In this document: positions 1 to 11,345 of the stretch, piece after piece
Position numbering within the stretch: the first letter of the stretch is position 1
How the letters are laid out: every line of letters starts with the position of its first letter
Position numbers and translations under genes: made by a program
Assembly: GCF_016433145.1 (NCBI RefSeq)
Contig: NC_058135.1
Coordinates: 240,210,021 to 240,274,020, forward strand
Direction of reading: 5' to 3'
Length of the DNA stretch: 64,000 nt
From: Gracilinanus agilis
Lineage: Eukaryota
The notes under the pieces: generated by a model
What the model was told of the DNA's origin: nothing
Database searches by the model: none
Seen by the model: the letters and a program-made list of their open reading frames with translations, nothing else

Positions 1-57
<57 letters not shown>
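1..57 (+). repeat. (AG)n microsatellite
   Basis: Pure AG dinucleotide run at the window start. Confidence 0.98.
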
Positions 58-59
<2 letters not shown>

Positions 60-224
60 CTGGGTAAAGCCGGGTATACCTATATAATCATAGGCATAGA
101 TTTATCTATATTTACAAAGGTGAATTAGTTCTTGCCCTCAAAGCACTTCCTTCTTTCCATAACTGACATTTCTATACCTGGCTTAAATTTTCCGAATATA
201 TTGTTTATGTTTTGTTTTATTTGA

Positions 225-650
225 GCCTCACAATGACCCTGTGAGGCAATTTTGTAGGTTATTTAAGGAGCGGTCACTAGGGCCAAACTTTTCATTTACA
301 AATGAGGAACTGATCCCAAAGTGGGAAAATGACTTGGCCACCATCATACAGGTCATAAGAAGCAAAGCAAGGATTTGAATCCAGGTTCTCTGATGCCAAA
401 TCCTACATTCTTTCCATTGCGACACACTGGCACTCTTCTTCCCTCCCTCTCTTCCCACCCCTCTATCTCTCTCATCTGTCTGTCTGTCTTTCAATATAAT
501 ATGTATTATTCTCCTCATCTTATAGAAATGAAACTAAAGCTCCAAGAGATCAAATGGCTTGGCTTCTCTGTAGTCTGGCATCTAGTAAGTGTCAAAGACA
601 GATTTCAGATTCAGTTCTTTCTGGCTCCCAGTTGAGCACACTATCCACTA
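225..650 (-). mobile_element. Two MIR-type core-SINE fragments
   Basis: Reverse-core motifs such as 'tttacaaatgaggaactga' and 'gatttgaatccagg', plus a second degenerate copy at about 500-650. Confidence 0.65.
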
Positions 651-1492
651 TCCCTCACTACCTAAGATCATCCCATGCCGTAAGCTGTTCCATGGTGAAG
701 AACTGAATGAGGCAGCTCATGAAGGGAAAAAACAACTGAGTTGCCACTGTGACTACTGATAAGCAGACTTTGTGATTTCTCACATTCTCTTACTACCAGC
801 CACAAAACCAGATGCTACCCAGGGATCCAGGGATCCCCAAGTGTTCAGGGCACAGCCATCATTGAAGATGCAGGAATGTGGCACTGAAGGCATCTCTAAG
901 AGAATGCTGCCAGGGCAAGGGGGTGGGGAGGAAGCAAGAAAAATAGCATTTCATTGGCAGGCTGGGCTGGCACCTGCCCACCGAAGCCAGATGGTCTCAT
1001 CAAAACCACCCATAAGTTGGACCATAAGTAAACCTAACAGAGAACAGCAACCTCAGCTAATGGGAGTGATTTACTGCATCAGGAATAGGAAATAGAGCTG
1101 GCAAGGACCTCTCTGTACCCAAGGTCTGTGTCACTTGTACCTGGGGACTATGGCATGCCACAAGATGTGCTGAAGGGAGGTGAAGCAGCCACAGATGTCC
1201 TCCAAGGTCAAGAGCATTGATGGTTAATACAGTCAGTGCAGACTTCCTAGAGGAGAGGTGACCTTGCCAGGCTGTGTGGTGACTCAGTAATAGGGGCAGA
1301 CCTCCAACCCTCCCTGTAGGCAAAGCATGACCATTCAGCTGAAACTGAGAAAACAAGGGTTTCCCAAGTGCTCCCTTTCCCACTGGGATCTCCTGCCAGT
1401 ACTCCAAAAGTTTCCAGTGGGAAGTTGAGGGGGCCAGTTCCATACTACAAACATGAATACATCTATGCATGAAGGAGAGCCTAGTTTGGACA

Positions 1493-1770
1493 AGATTTTT
1501 TTTTACTAATTTAAAGATATTTTATTTTCCTAATTATATTTAATAACAATTTTAATATGTTTTCCAAAATCATAAAATCCAAATTGTTTCTCTCCTTCCC
1601 TTCCTCCCCCCTCCTCAGAGATGATAATCAATTTGATCTGGATTATACATGAATTATCATACAAAACATATTTCCATATCGGTCATTGTTATAAAAGAAT
1701 ACTCATATAAAACCCAAACCCCCAAATAAAACTCATAAACTGATGGGGAAAACTATGCTCTGCATTGGAT
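1493..1770 (-). mobile_element. L1 3' end fragment
   Basis: A T-rich start (reverse polyA) followed by marsupial L1 3'UTR-like sequence ('ccaaattgtttctctcc...gattatacatgaattatcatacaaaacatatttccat'). Confidence 0.75.
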
Positions 1771-1913
1771 AAGACTTGTGATCAAGACCAGGATCACAGC
1801 TGCCACCAAACGGCAGGTCTGGTCTATCTACTATTCCCCATACATGATAGTTAATTTTCCACCTCTACGGTTTTGCGTATTTCTTCTCACCTCCATCTCC
1901 TGATGCCCTAGAC

Positions 1914-2102
1914 CAGTGAAGGGCAAACTCTTTAAAGAGGGGGCAAAAGGAAAGGGAATGCTCATCTGTCAGTCTGTTTCTAAGGCAACTCTTTTTAAGT
2001 TTCATTGTATTATATCTTACTCATTGTATTCATCAGATTAGGGGCAGGATAGAACATTTCGGGGGCCACATCTGGCCTGTGGGCAGTAGTTTCCCATCAC
2101 TG
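1914..2102. mobile_element. hAT/Charlie MITE, family A (189 bp)
   Basis: TIRs CAGTGAAGGGCAAACT and AGTTTCCCATCACTG. 8-bp TSD CCCTAGAC (1906-1913) / CCCTAGAT (2103-2110). Confidence 0.92.
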
Positions 2103-2109
2103 CCCTAGA

Positions 2110-2450
2110 TCCCTTAAAGGCTCAGTTTAAATGCTACATCTTATAAGAAGCACTTATCAATATTCTCAGTTAGTATTGAACTGTATACCCCACCCAAGCA
2201 CTCTGTGTTTATTTGGCATATCTTGTGTTATTTCCCTCCCAGCATATAGCACAGTACCTAGAATAGGGTAGGTGCTCAATAAATCTTTATTGATTGACCT
2301 GGGACACACTATTTTCCCCCATTAAAATGCAAAGTTCTCAAGGACAGGGATTATCTTAGTTTTGTCTTCCTATTGCCAGAGAACAGCACAGAGCTTGGAA
2401 TACAATAAATAATAAATGCTTATTGAATTGAACTGAACTGAATTGAAGTC
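2110..2450 (+). mobile_element. Two tandem L2 3' ends
   Basis: L2 tail motifs 'agcacagtacctagaatagggtaggtgctcaataaat' and 'cagcacagagcttggaatacaataaataataaatgcttattgaattgaactgaac'. Confidence 0.75.
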
Positions 2451-2574
2451 CTTCAATTCCTGATTGCATACTTAGGGAGACAGGCTTGTGATGTGCCTAA
2501 ATTTATGTTATTAGGAATCCTAATATAGTGGAGCTCTTTCTTTGTCTTGTTGCTGTTTATGGAAGAGTCTAGTC

Positions 2575-3088
2575 CAGTGATGACAAACCTATGGAATGAG
2601 TGCCAAAATGGCACAGAGAGTGCTCTCTATGGGCACACAGCTGCCCTCCTCCCCCTACAAGCTCATTTCTAGAAAGGCAGAGGACCTCAGGCAAAGCTTC
2701 TCCTTCCCCACTCCCCACCATGCCTGATGACATTTTTTTTACATTACCCAACTCTCTGCCCAGCAGCCCAAAGGGAACTCACAGCAGGTAAGGTGGGAAG
2801 TTCACAGGCAGCAGAGCTAGAGGGGAGCAAAGCAGAGTACTCAGGCCACTCCCCTACCCCTTTCTAAATGTACCTCTCTTCATCCACCCCTCTGCCCAGC
2901 AGCCCAATAGGAGCACTTCTTCCCTCCCCTATATGGGGTAAGGGTGGGGTAGGATGTGGCACTTGATTTCTGGAGGAGGGCAGGATGTGGCACTCAGGCT
3001 CTGGTGGGAGGCTGGCATGGAACTTGGTCTAGGAGGTGAGGTCAGGATGGAGTCTGGCATTCCATCTCTAAAAGGTTCACCATCACCA
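2575..3088 (+). mobile_element. hAT non-autonomous element, family B (514 bp)
   Basis: TIRs CAGTGATGACAAACCT and AGGTTCACCATCACCA. Perfect 8-bp TSD GTCTAGTC (2567-2574, 3089-3096). The TIR resembles the recalled hAT1-type CAGTGATGGCGAACCT. Confidence 0.92.
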
Positions 3089-4684
3089 GTCTAGTCTTTC
3101 CCTCTCCAAGCGTAATGATAAATATATAATAGGTGCCAAAGGGGTGGTAGATAAATTAAAGGGATGGTAGTTCCCCAATGGCCTGACCTCAGATAAAGTT
3201 CCCCTGAGCTCACCAGGCAGGTGAATTGCCAGTTTTTATTTCTTCCCTTACAGAACAAATTGACCTTACTAATTCGGGGTGGATTTAGCTGAGTTCCCTG
3301 TACACCCACTAGAAGCTCACCAGCCTGTTTGTCTCTCCTGACCAAACATGCTTTGTGTGAGCCCTGTAAATATCCAGGGTTTATCTACCCTTAGTTTCCA
3401 AACAGAGCACAGGTGCTGCCACACACATACATTCATTCCGACCTCCTTCCAGGATCTATGTTCTTATCAGTCTGGATTTTGTCTAGGATGTGAGGACAGA
3501 ATGACTTCAGCACCATGATTAGTACCCACCATGGTCTGGGACTGAAGTTCCAATTATCTAGATTCTCCTGACATTTGGCCCTAACCTCAGGCTCCTGCCT
3601 TTTGTACCAGAGACTGAGATGTGTGTCCTCTGACCTCTTTCTAATCCATTGCAATGCAATATTTCCTTTCTTTTTTATTTTCTTGAAAGTTTTTGTTTTA
3701 AATATCATCTTCATTTCCTCCCTCTCTCCTATCCTAATAACAAAAAAGAAAAAAGAGAAAAATTCATCCCAGTAAAACTAACCACCCAGTGTTTTATATT
3801 CAAACCATATCACCTCTGAAAAGGATGGAGAGAGGGGATTGTCCTTTCATTCTTCAGAGCCACACTTGTAGAAAAACATTTATTAAATACTTACTATGAG
3901 TAAGGCATTTCTTACACCCTGGGGACATAAAGCCATAATAAAATAGTCCCTGTCTTCAAGAAGCTCATTTATTGGGGGAAATGTGGTATATAATATTTAA
4001 GAAAAGAAGCAGAATAATTTGAGACAGAAGAAGGATCACTAATAATTTAGGAGATCAAAGAAGGTTTCCTGCAAGAGATAGGATTTAAGATGAAAGTCTT
4101 GAGGAACATGGGGATTCTAAGAGGTCTCAATGAGAAAGACATTCATTCATATTTCTTCACAGGTTAGTTGACTGGCTTTCTATTTCCTGAGTGGCCCAGT
4201 TATAAACTCCCTCAAAAGGGGCAATATCTTACACTGATGTTCTGGTTGGGTTAGGTTTGGTTGACCACCTAGAGACTGATCTGAGCCATTAGGTAAGGAG
4301 GGAAGCCAACAGAGAGGCTAATACCATTGAGTCATTTGATGCCTCATTCTTCAGTCTTTCTTCTTAAGATTCTAGTAGGCTGAGCCCTATGCCCTGGTTC
4401 TGGTGGTCTATACTAATAAAAGATCTTAGTTTTCCCTCACACCAGCCCCAGAAAGTATACTCTATCTATATAGAGTGCTAGACTTAGAATCAAAAAAGTT
4501 CAAATGCTGCCTTGGAAACTTACCAGCTATTTGACTCTGGACAAATCATTGAACTTCTCTCAGCCTCATCTATAAAATGGGTATAATATAATAATAGCTC
4601 TGTCACAGGATTATTGTGAAGATCATATGAGCATACAACAAGCACCCTGAAAACTCTAAGGGCACACACACACAAACTGTAAGG

Positions 4685-4685
<1 letters not shown>

Positions 4686-4729
<44 letters not shown>
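4686..4729 (+). repeat. (CA)n microsatellite
   Basis: Pure CA run. A shorter copy with the same 'taagggcacac...acaaac' flanks lies just upstream. Confidence 0.97.
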
Positions 4730-4733
<4 letters not shown>

Positions 4734-5895
4734 TGTACAGAAACTATCTATCCCAACATTCTTATTACACCTGTGAGGAAATGGAGATTCAGAAAGAAGT
4801 AATTAACTTGCATATTTCTAGATAGGTATTAAATAGTAGATCCAGGATTTAACTCAGGATTATGCCTTTGGATCAAGAATTCTGTCCATTAAACAACTAA
4901 TATAAAAGTTTATCTTGACTCTAGACACTCACATGTAGGGAGAAACTTCAAAGCACATCTCCACTGACAGAACCCTGGTTCTTAGGTCAAAGAATCTTAG
5001 CCTTTCAATATGACCACCATGTTACCATAGTACAAGACATCGGCTTATCAAAGGCAGGAATTGCTTCACTTTTGTCTTTGTATCTCTCCATTACTTGGTA
5101 CAATGCCTAGCACATAGTAGGTTCTTTCTAAATGTTTGTTGATTGGGGAAAGGAATGTTAATTTAAGACTTGAGTCTGAGTGCTTGTAATAGAATCCTGG
5201 ATTCTTTTGGTAGCCATATTTCTTTTATTGGGGGGGGGGCTAAAATTGAAAAGTTTGATCACTATCCACTCCTGCCAAAAGCTAACTGGGGTTCTTTGTG
5301 CTACAAGTGCCTCTGGCATAAAGATTATAAGGTGGACAGAGGAAGCAGCAGGCTGATCTATTTAAGAGTTATGGTTCTTTCTGGAGAAACATTGGAAGAT
5401 GTACGGAGGCAGGAATTACTAGTGATGGGCTATAACCAACTTCAGTCCAGCTCCTGGTATGAATGTGGGAGGGGAAAGAAAAAAGAGAAAAACAGACTTC
5501 TCTTTTCTTTTCTATTGCCCATCCCTTGGCTTCCGTCTGCCTGGCTGACTGGCTCGTGGGCTCCCACAGGGACAATCCATCAGCCCAGACAGATGGAGGA
5601 GATGACTTAGAAGCCAGGTTAGAGAGAGAGACAAGGGCAGTCCTGAAATACCCACTGCTGCAAGAAAGAATGTGCTGTACCCTGTGCCCAGACAGCCCCA
5701 GGAAAATGTTCCTCCCACAGAGGAAGGAATAGCTTTCCAGTTTTGATGGCAGTATAAGAGCCAGAATGGTAATAATGCTGGGGCCTCATCTACAACTAGT
5801 CCTCTTGACAAGGATTCTAAGACAAAAGGATTTAATTTCAGGAATACTATTTCCTTTTGTAGCAAACTGATTTCTCTCTCCTAGACATGCTACTT

Positions 5896-6340
5896 CAGAG
5901 TTCTTAAGCTAAGGACCATGAACTTGTTATTTTATTGCAAACCCTTAGCTTCCATCTTAGAATCAATACTGTGTATTGGTTCCAAATCAGAAGAGTGGGA
6001 AGGGCTACATAAATGGGGTTAAGTGACTTGCCCAGGGTCACCCAACAAGGAAGTGTCTGAAGTCAAATCTGAACCCAAGTCCTCCAGTCTCTAGGCTTGG
6101 CTCTCTCTCTATCTACTGAGGCAAATATTTGCTGCCTACCTCCACCTCCATCCTGTGAACTTGGTTATTTAGAAATATTTTGAAACTATTTCAATAGAAT
6201 TTGTTATCTTTGCTATTTCATATTTTTATTTCTGAGAAAGGGTTCAGCAGACATTCAAAGGCGTCCATAGCATCCCCAAACTCTATGGGTCCATAGCTTC
6301 ACCAGATTGCCAAAGGGGTTCATGATGTTGCAATATTGAG
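5896..6340. mobile_element. Old hAT-like MITE interrupted by a SINE
   Basis: Start 'cagagttcttaagctaaggaccatgaacttg' and later 'gggtccatagcttcaccagattgccaaaggggttcatga' match a recalled marsupial MER5-like MITE. The termini are degraded. Confidence 0.55.
5938..6150 (-). mobile_element. SINE1_Mdo-like SINE
   Basis: 'aacccttagcttccatcttagaatcaatactgtgtattggttcc...'. Approximate TSD tgaacttg(g)ttattt on both sides. Confidence 0.8.
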
Positions 6341-7642
6341 GACTCCTCTCCTACTTGCCAGCCCAACCTGCATGATGTTACTAAAGGAAGAGGGAAGGAG
6401 GAAATAGGTGAGGGAGAGAAGGAGAGATGGGGCAGAAATTAAGAAAGCATTATACCATTCTCACTCTTTTGGGAGGGACACTGACCCCAAAATCATTAGA
6501 TGTACTGCTGTTCTATGTCCAAGAGGATTATATGTATTTCAACGTGTTGTGTTAGGGACCAGTACTTATAAGGAAATTGTCAGTCAACTGAATGGGTACC
6601 CTTCTTCATAGGCATCCAGATATCTAGTCTTGTAGACCTTTAGATAAACTAGGCAAGAAACACAACAACAACAACAAAATAAAATACAGAGGGAAGATAC
6701 TAGGAGAGGCAGAGTAGTATGAGATGAAAGCGTGATAGAGCCCCATTGAGGTAAAGGTATGTTTTATTCTTGCCTCAATCCTCAGTAATTATCCCAATGG
6801 GTGGAAGTTGCAAAGAAGAAAATTTGGACTTTTAACAATTAGAGCTAGAAAAGGCAACCTCAAAAGGGGGTAGGTTCTCTTTCCCTTGAGTCCTTCAAGC
6901 AAAAGGGGGGTGATCACTTGTCCACTAAAGTGGAAACTCTTTGAAAACAAGGATTGTTTCCTTTTCAGTATTTGTACCCTAGTGTCTGGCCCATAAATAA
7001 ATGCTTGTGTATTAATTAATGATAAAGTAGGGATTCCTTTTTTTTTTTTTAAGATTGGACTAGATACCACAGAGGGCAGAACCAGGAACCATGAATGGAA
7101 GTTGCAAACAGGACAATTTAGTATTTTTTTTCTTTTCCCTTGGTATTTAATATTTCATTCTATTTTAATTAAGTACTCTTTGCATTGAATCAATGTGTTA
7201 TTTGAACATGTTAAGCATAAACTACATTGGCAAAGAACTCCTAGGTATAGAAATGAAAAGGTGTTGACACAGTCAAAATCTCCAACCTGAGAAGGAACAA
7301 AGTGTTCTAGTCATGCAGGGACTTAAGGGGCCAAGCTATACCGGGAGTTTTAATTTTCTGAACTTTGCTACCATCTACAGAAAGCTTTCCCCCCTCCCCT
7401 TGCTTACACCTTGTTTATTCTTTGATTAACTTAATGCACAGTCCAGGTAAGCTTAACTCATACATAAATGAGGACACTGAATCCAGGAAAAAGAAAGCTT
7501 TCTTTTTACCCACAAAGGATACATAGTGGGACTCAAGCCTAGAGTTTAGGTCTTTGGGCTCTCATTCAGTACTCTGCATAGTATGCTATTAGGTTAGACC
7601 ACCAAGCAAAAATTTTTCCTGGGCCAGGAAAAGATGGATAGT

Positions 7643-7878
7643 TAGATGTTGATGTTGATAACATTGATGTTGATGATGTTGTTGATGACATTTATGAAGT
7701 TACTGTTGATGATGATGATGATGATGTTGATATTGTTGTTGATGTTGATAATCTTGTTAATGGCATTGATGATGTTATTATTGATAATAAAAATATTGAT
7801 GTTGTTGATAATGTTGTTGGTAGTGAGGATGTTGATGACATTTTTGATGTTGATAATGTTGTTGTTGATGATAATGAC
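7643..7878 (+). repeat. Degenerate (GAT/GTT)n trinucleotide repeat
   Basis: About 235 bp of GAT, GTT and AAT triplets held in one register. Confidence 0.95.
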
Positions 7879-8216
7879 TGAATTTGGAGTTGGAGGTTTT
7901 CCTTCCATTCAAACTTTTCTGACCCTTCTCACTATAATGATTAAATTTTTCTTAAAGATTGTCTCCAACCTCTTTCTCTCTTCCATTGCATTGGTCTTCT
8001 CCCCAACTCCCTCATAAGCTTCTTTATGCAATATATATTTACCCCATTTTATTTCTTTTCCCATTTCTCTTAGAATTAGCCTCTTTTTTATCCCTAGTTT
8101 TTATATTTTTTGATATATCATCCTATACAGCTTGTCACTGTACCCTCTAAGTATACTTCTAGGTACCCTGATTATAAAAACAATTTTTAAGTTACCAATA
8201 CCATCTTTTTCTATAG

Positions 8217-9082
8217 TGTAATGCAGGATTAATGCAAGATCTCTTGCATTTGCAAAATTACCCTAGGCAATCCTGGCAGTTAGGAGAATAGAACTTTGGC
8301 CAAGCAAGTGCCAGTCTCAAGACCTGACTGTTGGAGCTGGGACTATAAATACCCCTGCAGAACCAACCTGGGGGTTCTGATTTCCTAATTTCCTTGACCT
8401 CACCCAGACACCCAGCTACCCCTGGATTTCCCTTGGGACCCCGGGTGGTGGGTTGTGGATCGTGGGTAGGAAATTAGGTTAGGTCAGCCTAGGTTCAGGG
8501 ACAGCCTGAAACCAAATCATCAACCTCATCTGTCTAGCTGGTGGACCACTTAACATCAGGGCAGTGGACATTACCCCTGGCTGAAGGGCTGGTTCCCTCA
8601 GCCTGATCTTACCTTCTAGTTTCCATTGCCAATACTGGCCAGTGACCCTTAGCAACAGTTTCTCTAGACCCTATCCCTCTTTCCTCAGTTTTCCCTCCTA
8701 TGTTTAAATAAACCATTAGCCTAATACTGTGAGCTTCTATAGTTATTTATAATGCCATCCAGGGCTAAGGGGTTGTGGAGAGGGAAGATAGCAACCACCT
8801 GAATCCAGAGGAAGTATTGGCCAGGCATCCATTTTATTCAGGAAGTGTGTCAGCTTCACTTCCTGTTGGTTACTGCTTTCACTCTAGCAGGGAGAGGCTC
8901 CTCACTCTCCACCTTAAAGGAGCCTACAGACAGCAGGGAGACTGACTGGGCATCACTGCTCAAGCATACACATCCCTGGCTGTCTCAAATCATCAATTAC
9001 TGTAGTTGTAGACTCCCTGGCCCGGGTGACTCACTGGTACCACCAGCTCCCCTAATATCAGCCACATTACCCCCTTATTACA
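8217..9082 (+). mobile_element. Solo LTR (ERV1-like), 866 bp
   Basis: Termini TGTAAT...ATTACA. 4-bp TSD ATAG (8213-8216, 9083-9086). TATAAATA at 8344-8351 and AATAAA at 8707-8712. Confidence 0.88.
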
Positions 9083-9482
9083 ATAGGAACACAAATCATT
9101 TCAACTTATTGGGTCCCTTAAACATTTTTGTCCCTTTCTTAATTACCTTTTGGTGATTCTCTTGAGTTCTTTGTTTAGGCATCAAATTTTCTGTTTAAGT
9201 CAGGTATTTTCTTTAAGAATGCTTGGAAGTCTCCTATTTTATTAAATTACCATATTTTCCCCTGCAAACATATAGTAAATTTTTCTAGGTAGTTGATTCT
9301 TCTTTGTAGACCTAGTTCCCTTGATTTCCAGAATATCATATTCAATGCTTTCTGGTCCTTCAGTGTGGATACAGTCAGGTCCTGTGTTATTCTAACTGTG
9401 GTTCCATGATATCTGAATGGTTTCCTTTTAGCAGTTTGTTGTATCTTTTCCTTGGTCTGATAGTTCTTGAAATTGGCTATAA

Positions 9483-10057
9483 TAAGCCATGTTCTTTGTG
9501 GTGGCAAAAAATTGGAAGAATGAAGGGATGTCCTTCAATTGGGGAATGGCTGAACAAATTGTGGTATCTGTTTGTGATAGAATACTATTGTGCTCAAAGG
9601 AATAATGAACTGGAGGAATTCCATGTGAACTGGAATGACCTCCAGGAATTGATGCAGAGTGAAAGGAGCAGAGCCAGAAGAACATTGTACAGAGAGACTG
9701 ATATACTGTGGCACAATCCAATGTAAAATATACTTCTCTACTAGAAGCAATGCAATGATCCAGAACAATTCTGAGGGACTTATGAGAAAGAACACTATCC
9801 ACATTCAGAAGAATAACTGTGGGAGTAGAAACACAGAAGAAAAACAACTGCTTGAACACATAGGTTGATGGGGATATGATAGGTCTTGATCAATGATACA
9901 TGTAAAACCCAGTAGAATCGTATGTCAGCTACAGGGTTGGGGAGGTGGAGAGGGAGGCTTGGGGGGAGGGAAAGAACATGAATCATGTAACTATGTAAAA
10001 TATTCTAAATTAATTAATTAAATAAAAAATTTTGAGTTAAAAAATAAGAAAAAAAAA
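9483..10057 (+). mobile_element. 5'-truncated L1 (ORF2 C-terminus, 3'UTR, polyA)
   Basis: Encodes the ORF2 end 'GCPSIGEWLNKLWY...EYYCA.RNNE'. G-rich 3'UTR and A-tail. 14-bp TSD GAAATTGGCTATAA (9469-9482, 10058-10071) at a TT/GAAA endonuclease-type site. Confidence 0.93.
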
Positions 10058-11135
10058 GAAATTGGCTATAACATTTCTGGGTATTGTCAACTGGGTATTA
10101 AATGCAGGAGGTGATCTGTGGATTCTTTCAATCTCCACTTTTCCCTCTTATTCAAGAATGTGGGGGCAGTTTTCTTGGATAATTTCCTGTAGAATGATAT
10201 CCAGGCCTTTTCTTTTGTCATGATTTTTCTGGTAGTCTGATAATTCTTAAATTGTCTCTTCTGGATCTCTTTTCCAAGTCTGTAGTTTTATCAATGAGGT
10301 GTTTCATATTTTCCTCAATCTTTTAATTCTTTTGATTTTGCTTTATAGATTCTTATTGCCTTGTGAAGTCATTTGATTCCAGTTGTTGGATTCTAATTTT
10401 TAAAAGACTGAATTTCATCCCTGGCTTTTTGGTCATCCTTTTTCCTTCTGGACTGGGTTATTTTGGGTGGAGTAGGTCATCTTTCACTGTCTTTGCCTCA
10501 TTTTCAAGCTGGTCAATTCTGGCTTTCAAGACACTATTTTATTGTTTTAGTTCATTTGCCTCTGTTTCTAGAGGACTCATTTTGCTTTTTAAGTTCTTTT
10601 CCCAATTGTCTTCAGCCTCTCTTAATTGTTTTTTGAATCGTGTTTTGAGTTCTTTCAAAGCTTGAGTCCAATTCACTGGAGTTTCTGAATTTTTGCTTGG
10701 TATTCCTTGGTCCTCCTCTGTGCCATTTGCTGATTGTTCATTACCTGGATAGAAGCTGTCGTTTGTAATTTTTCTTTCTTTTTCTGTTGTTTACTCATAT
10801 TTTTCCCCTTCTTTCCTCCCTGTCATTGGCTGTAATGTTTCTCTTCAGATTATTTGCTGGGTCTGTGGGTTTGGGCTATTCTGCCCTGAAGGGGCTTCTT
10901 CTCTGCTCTGCTGATTGATTAGATTAGGCTGATGGAGTATTAATGAGCCCTGAAGTCTGATCTTCCCCAGCTGGTAGCAGAAGCTGAAGGTGTAGAGGCT
11001 GAAGAGAACTGTGCTTCCTGCTCTGTTATCAAGGTATTCTTTCATGGTTGCAGCCTTTGCCCTGGGATTCGAGTCAGCAGGATTCTTACCTCGGCTCTCA
11101 GCACAGTCATGGGGGAAGGGTTTTGGAGATTCCAA

Positions 11136-11345
11136 TTTAGTCTTAATGTTAGAAAAATCTTGTTACTAATTAGAGATATCCCAGAATGGAATGGGCTGCC
11201 TCCAGATGTGGTGAGTTGTCCCACTTTGGAGATCTTCAAATAGAGTCCATAGGACCACTTGGTAGGTGTATTGTCACAGGAATTTTTTGGTTTATGTGTT
11301 GAATTAGAAGGCCACTGAGGGCCTTTTCACTTCTCAAATATTATG
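11136..11345 (+). mobile_element. CR1/L3 3' end
   Basis: 'aatggaatgggctgcctccagatgtggtgagttgtcccactttggagatcttcaaa' is typical of the CR1 3' terminus. Confidence 0.7.

Larger units (their letters stand above)
7950..11135 (-). mobile_element. L1 relic (partial 5'UTR, ORF1, inter-ORF region) hosting two nested insertions
   Basis: The minus strand at 9247-9507 encodes an L1 ORF1p C-terminus (IANFKNYQTKEK...RITQDL...IFWKSRELGLQRRINY). The ORF1 coiled coil lies at about 10070-10800. The left boundary is approximate. Confidence 0.88.

Noticed and set aside
1800-1818. CTCF-like CCACCAAACGGCAG
   Set aside because: It mismatches the most conserved AG-R-K positions of the core.
4520-4726. CVCVCV, THTHTH and ERERER ORFs (also 13979, 47074, 47265, 49445, 49455)
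   Set aside because: They are translations of dinucleotide microsatellites.
7642-8017. 123-aa Met/Leu-rich and 88-aa Ile/Asn-rich ORFs
   Set aside because: They are by-products of the GAT/GTT triplet repeat, with no promoter, splice or homology support.
9930-9975. G-quadruplex-like G-runs
   Set aside because: This is the ordinary G-rich tract of L1 3'UTRs and is not specific to this locus.
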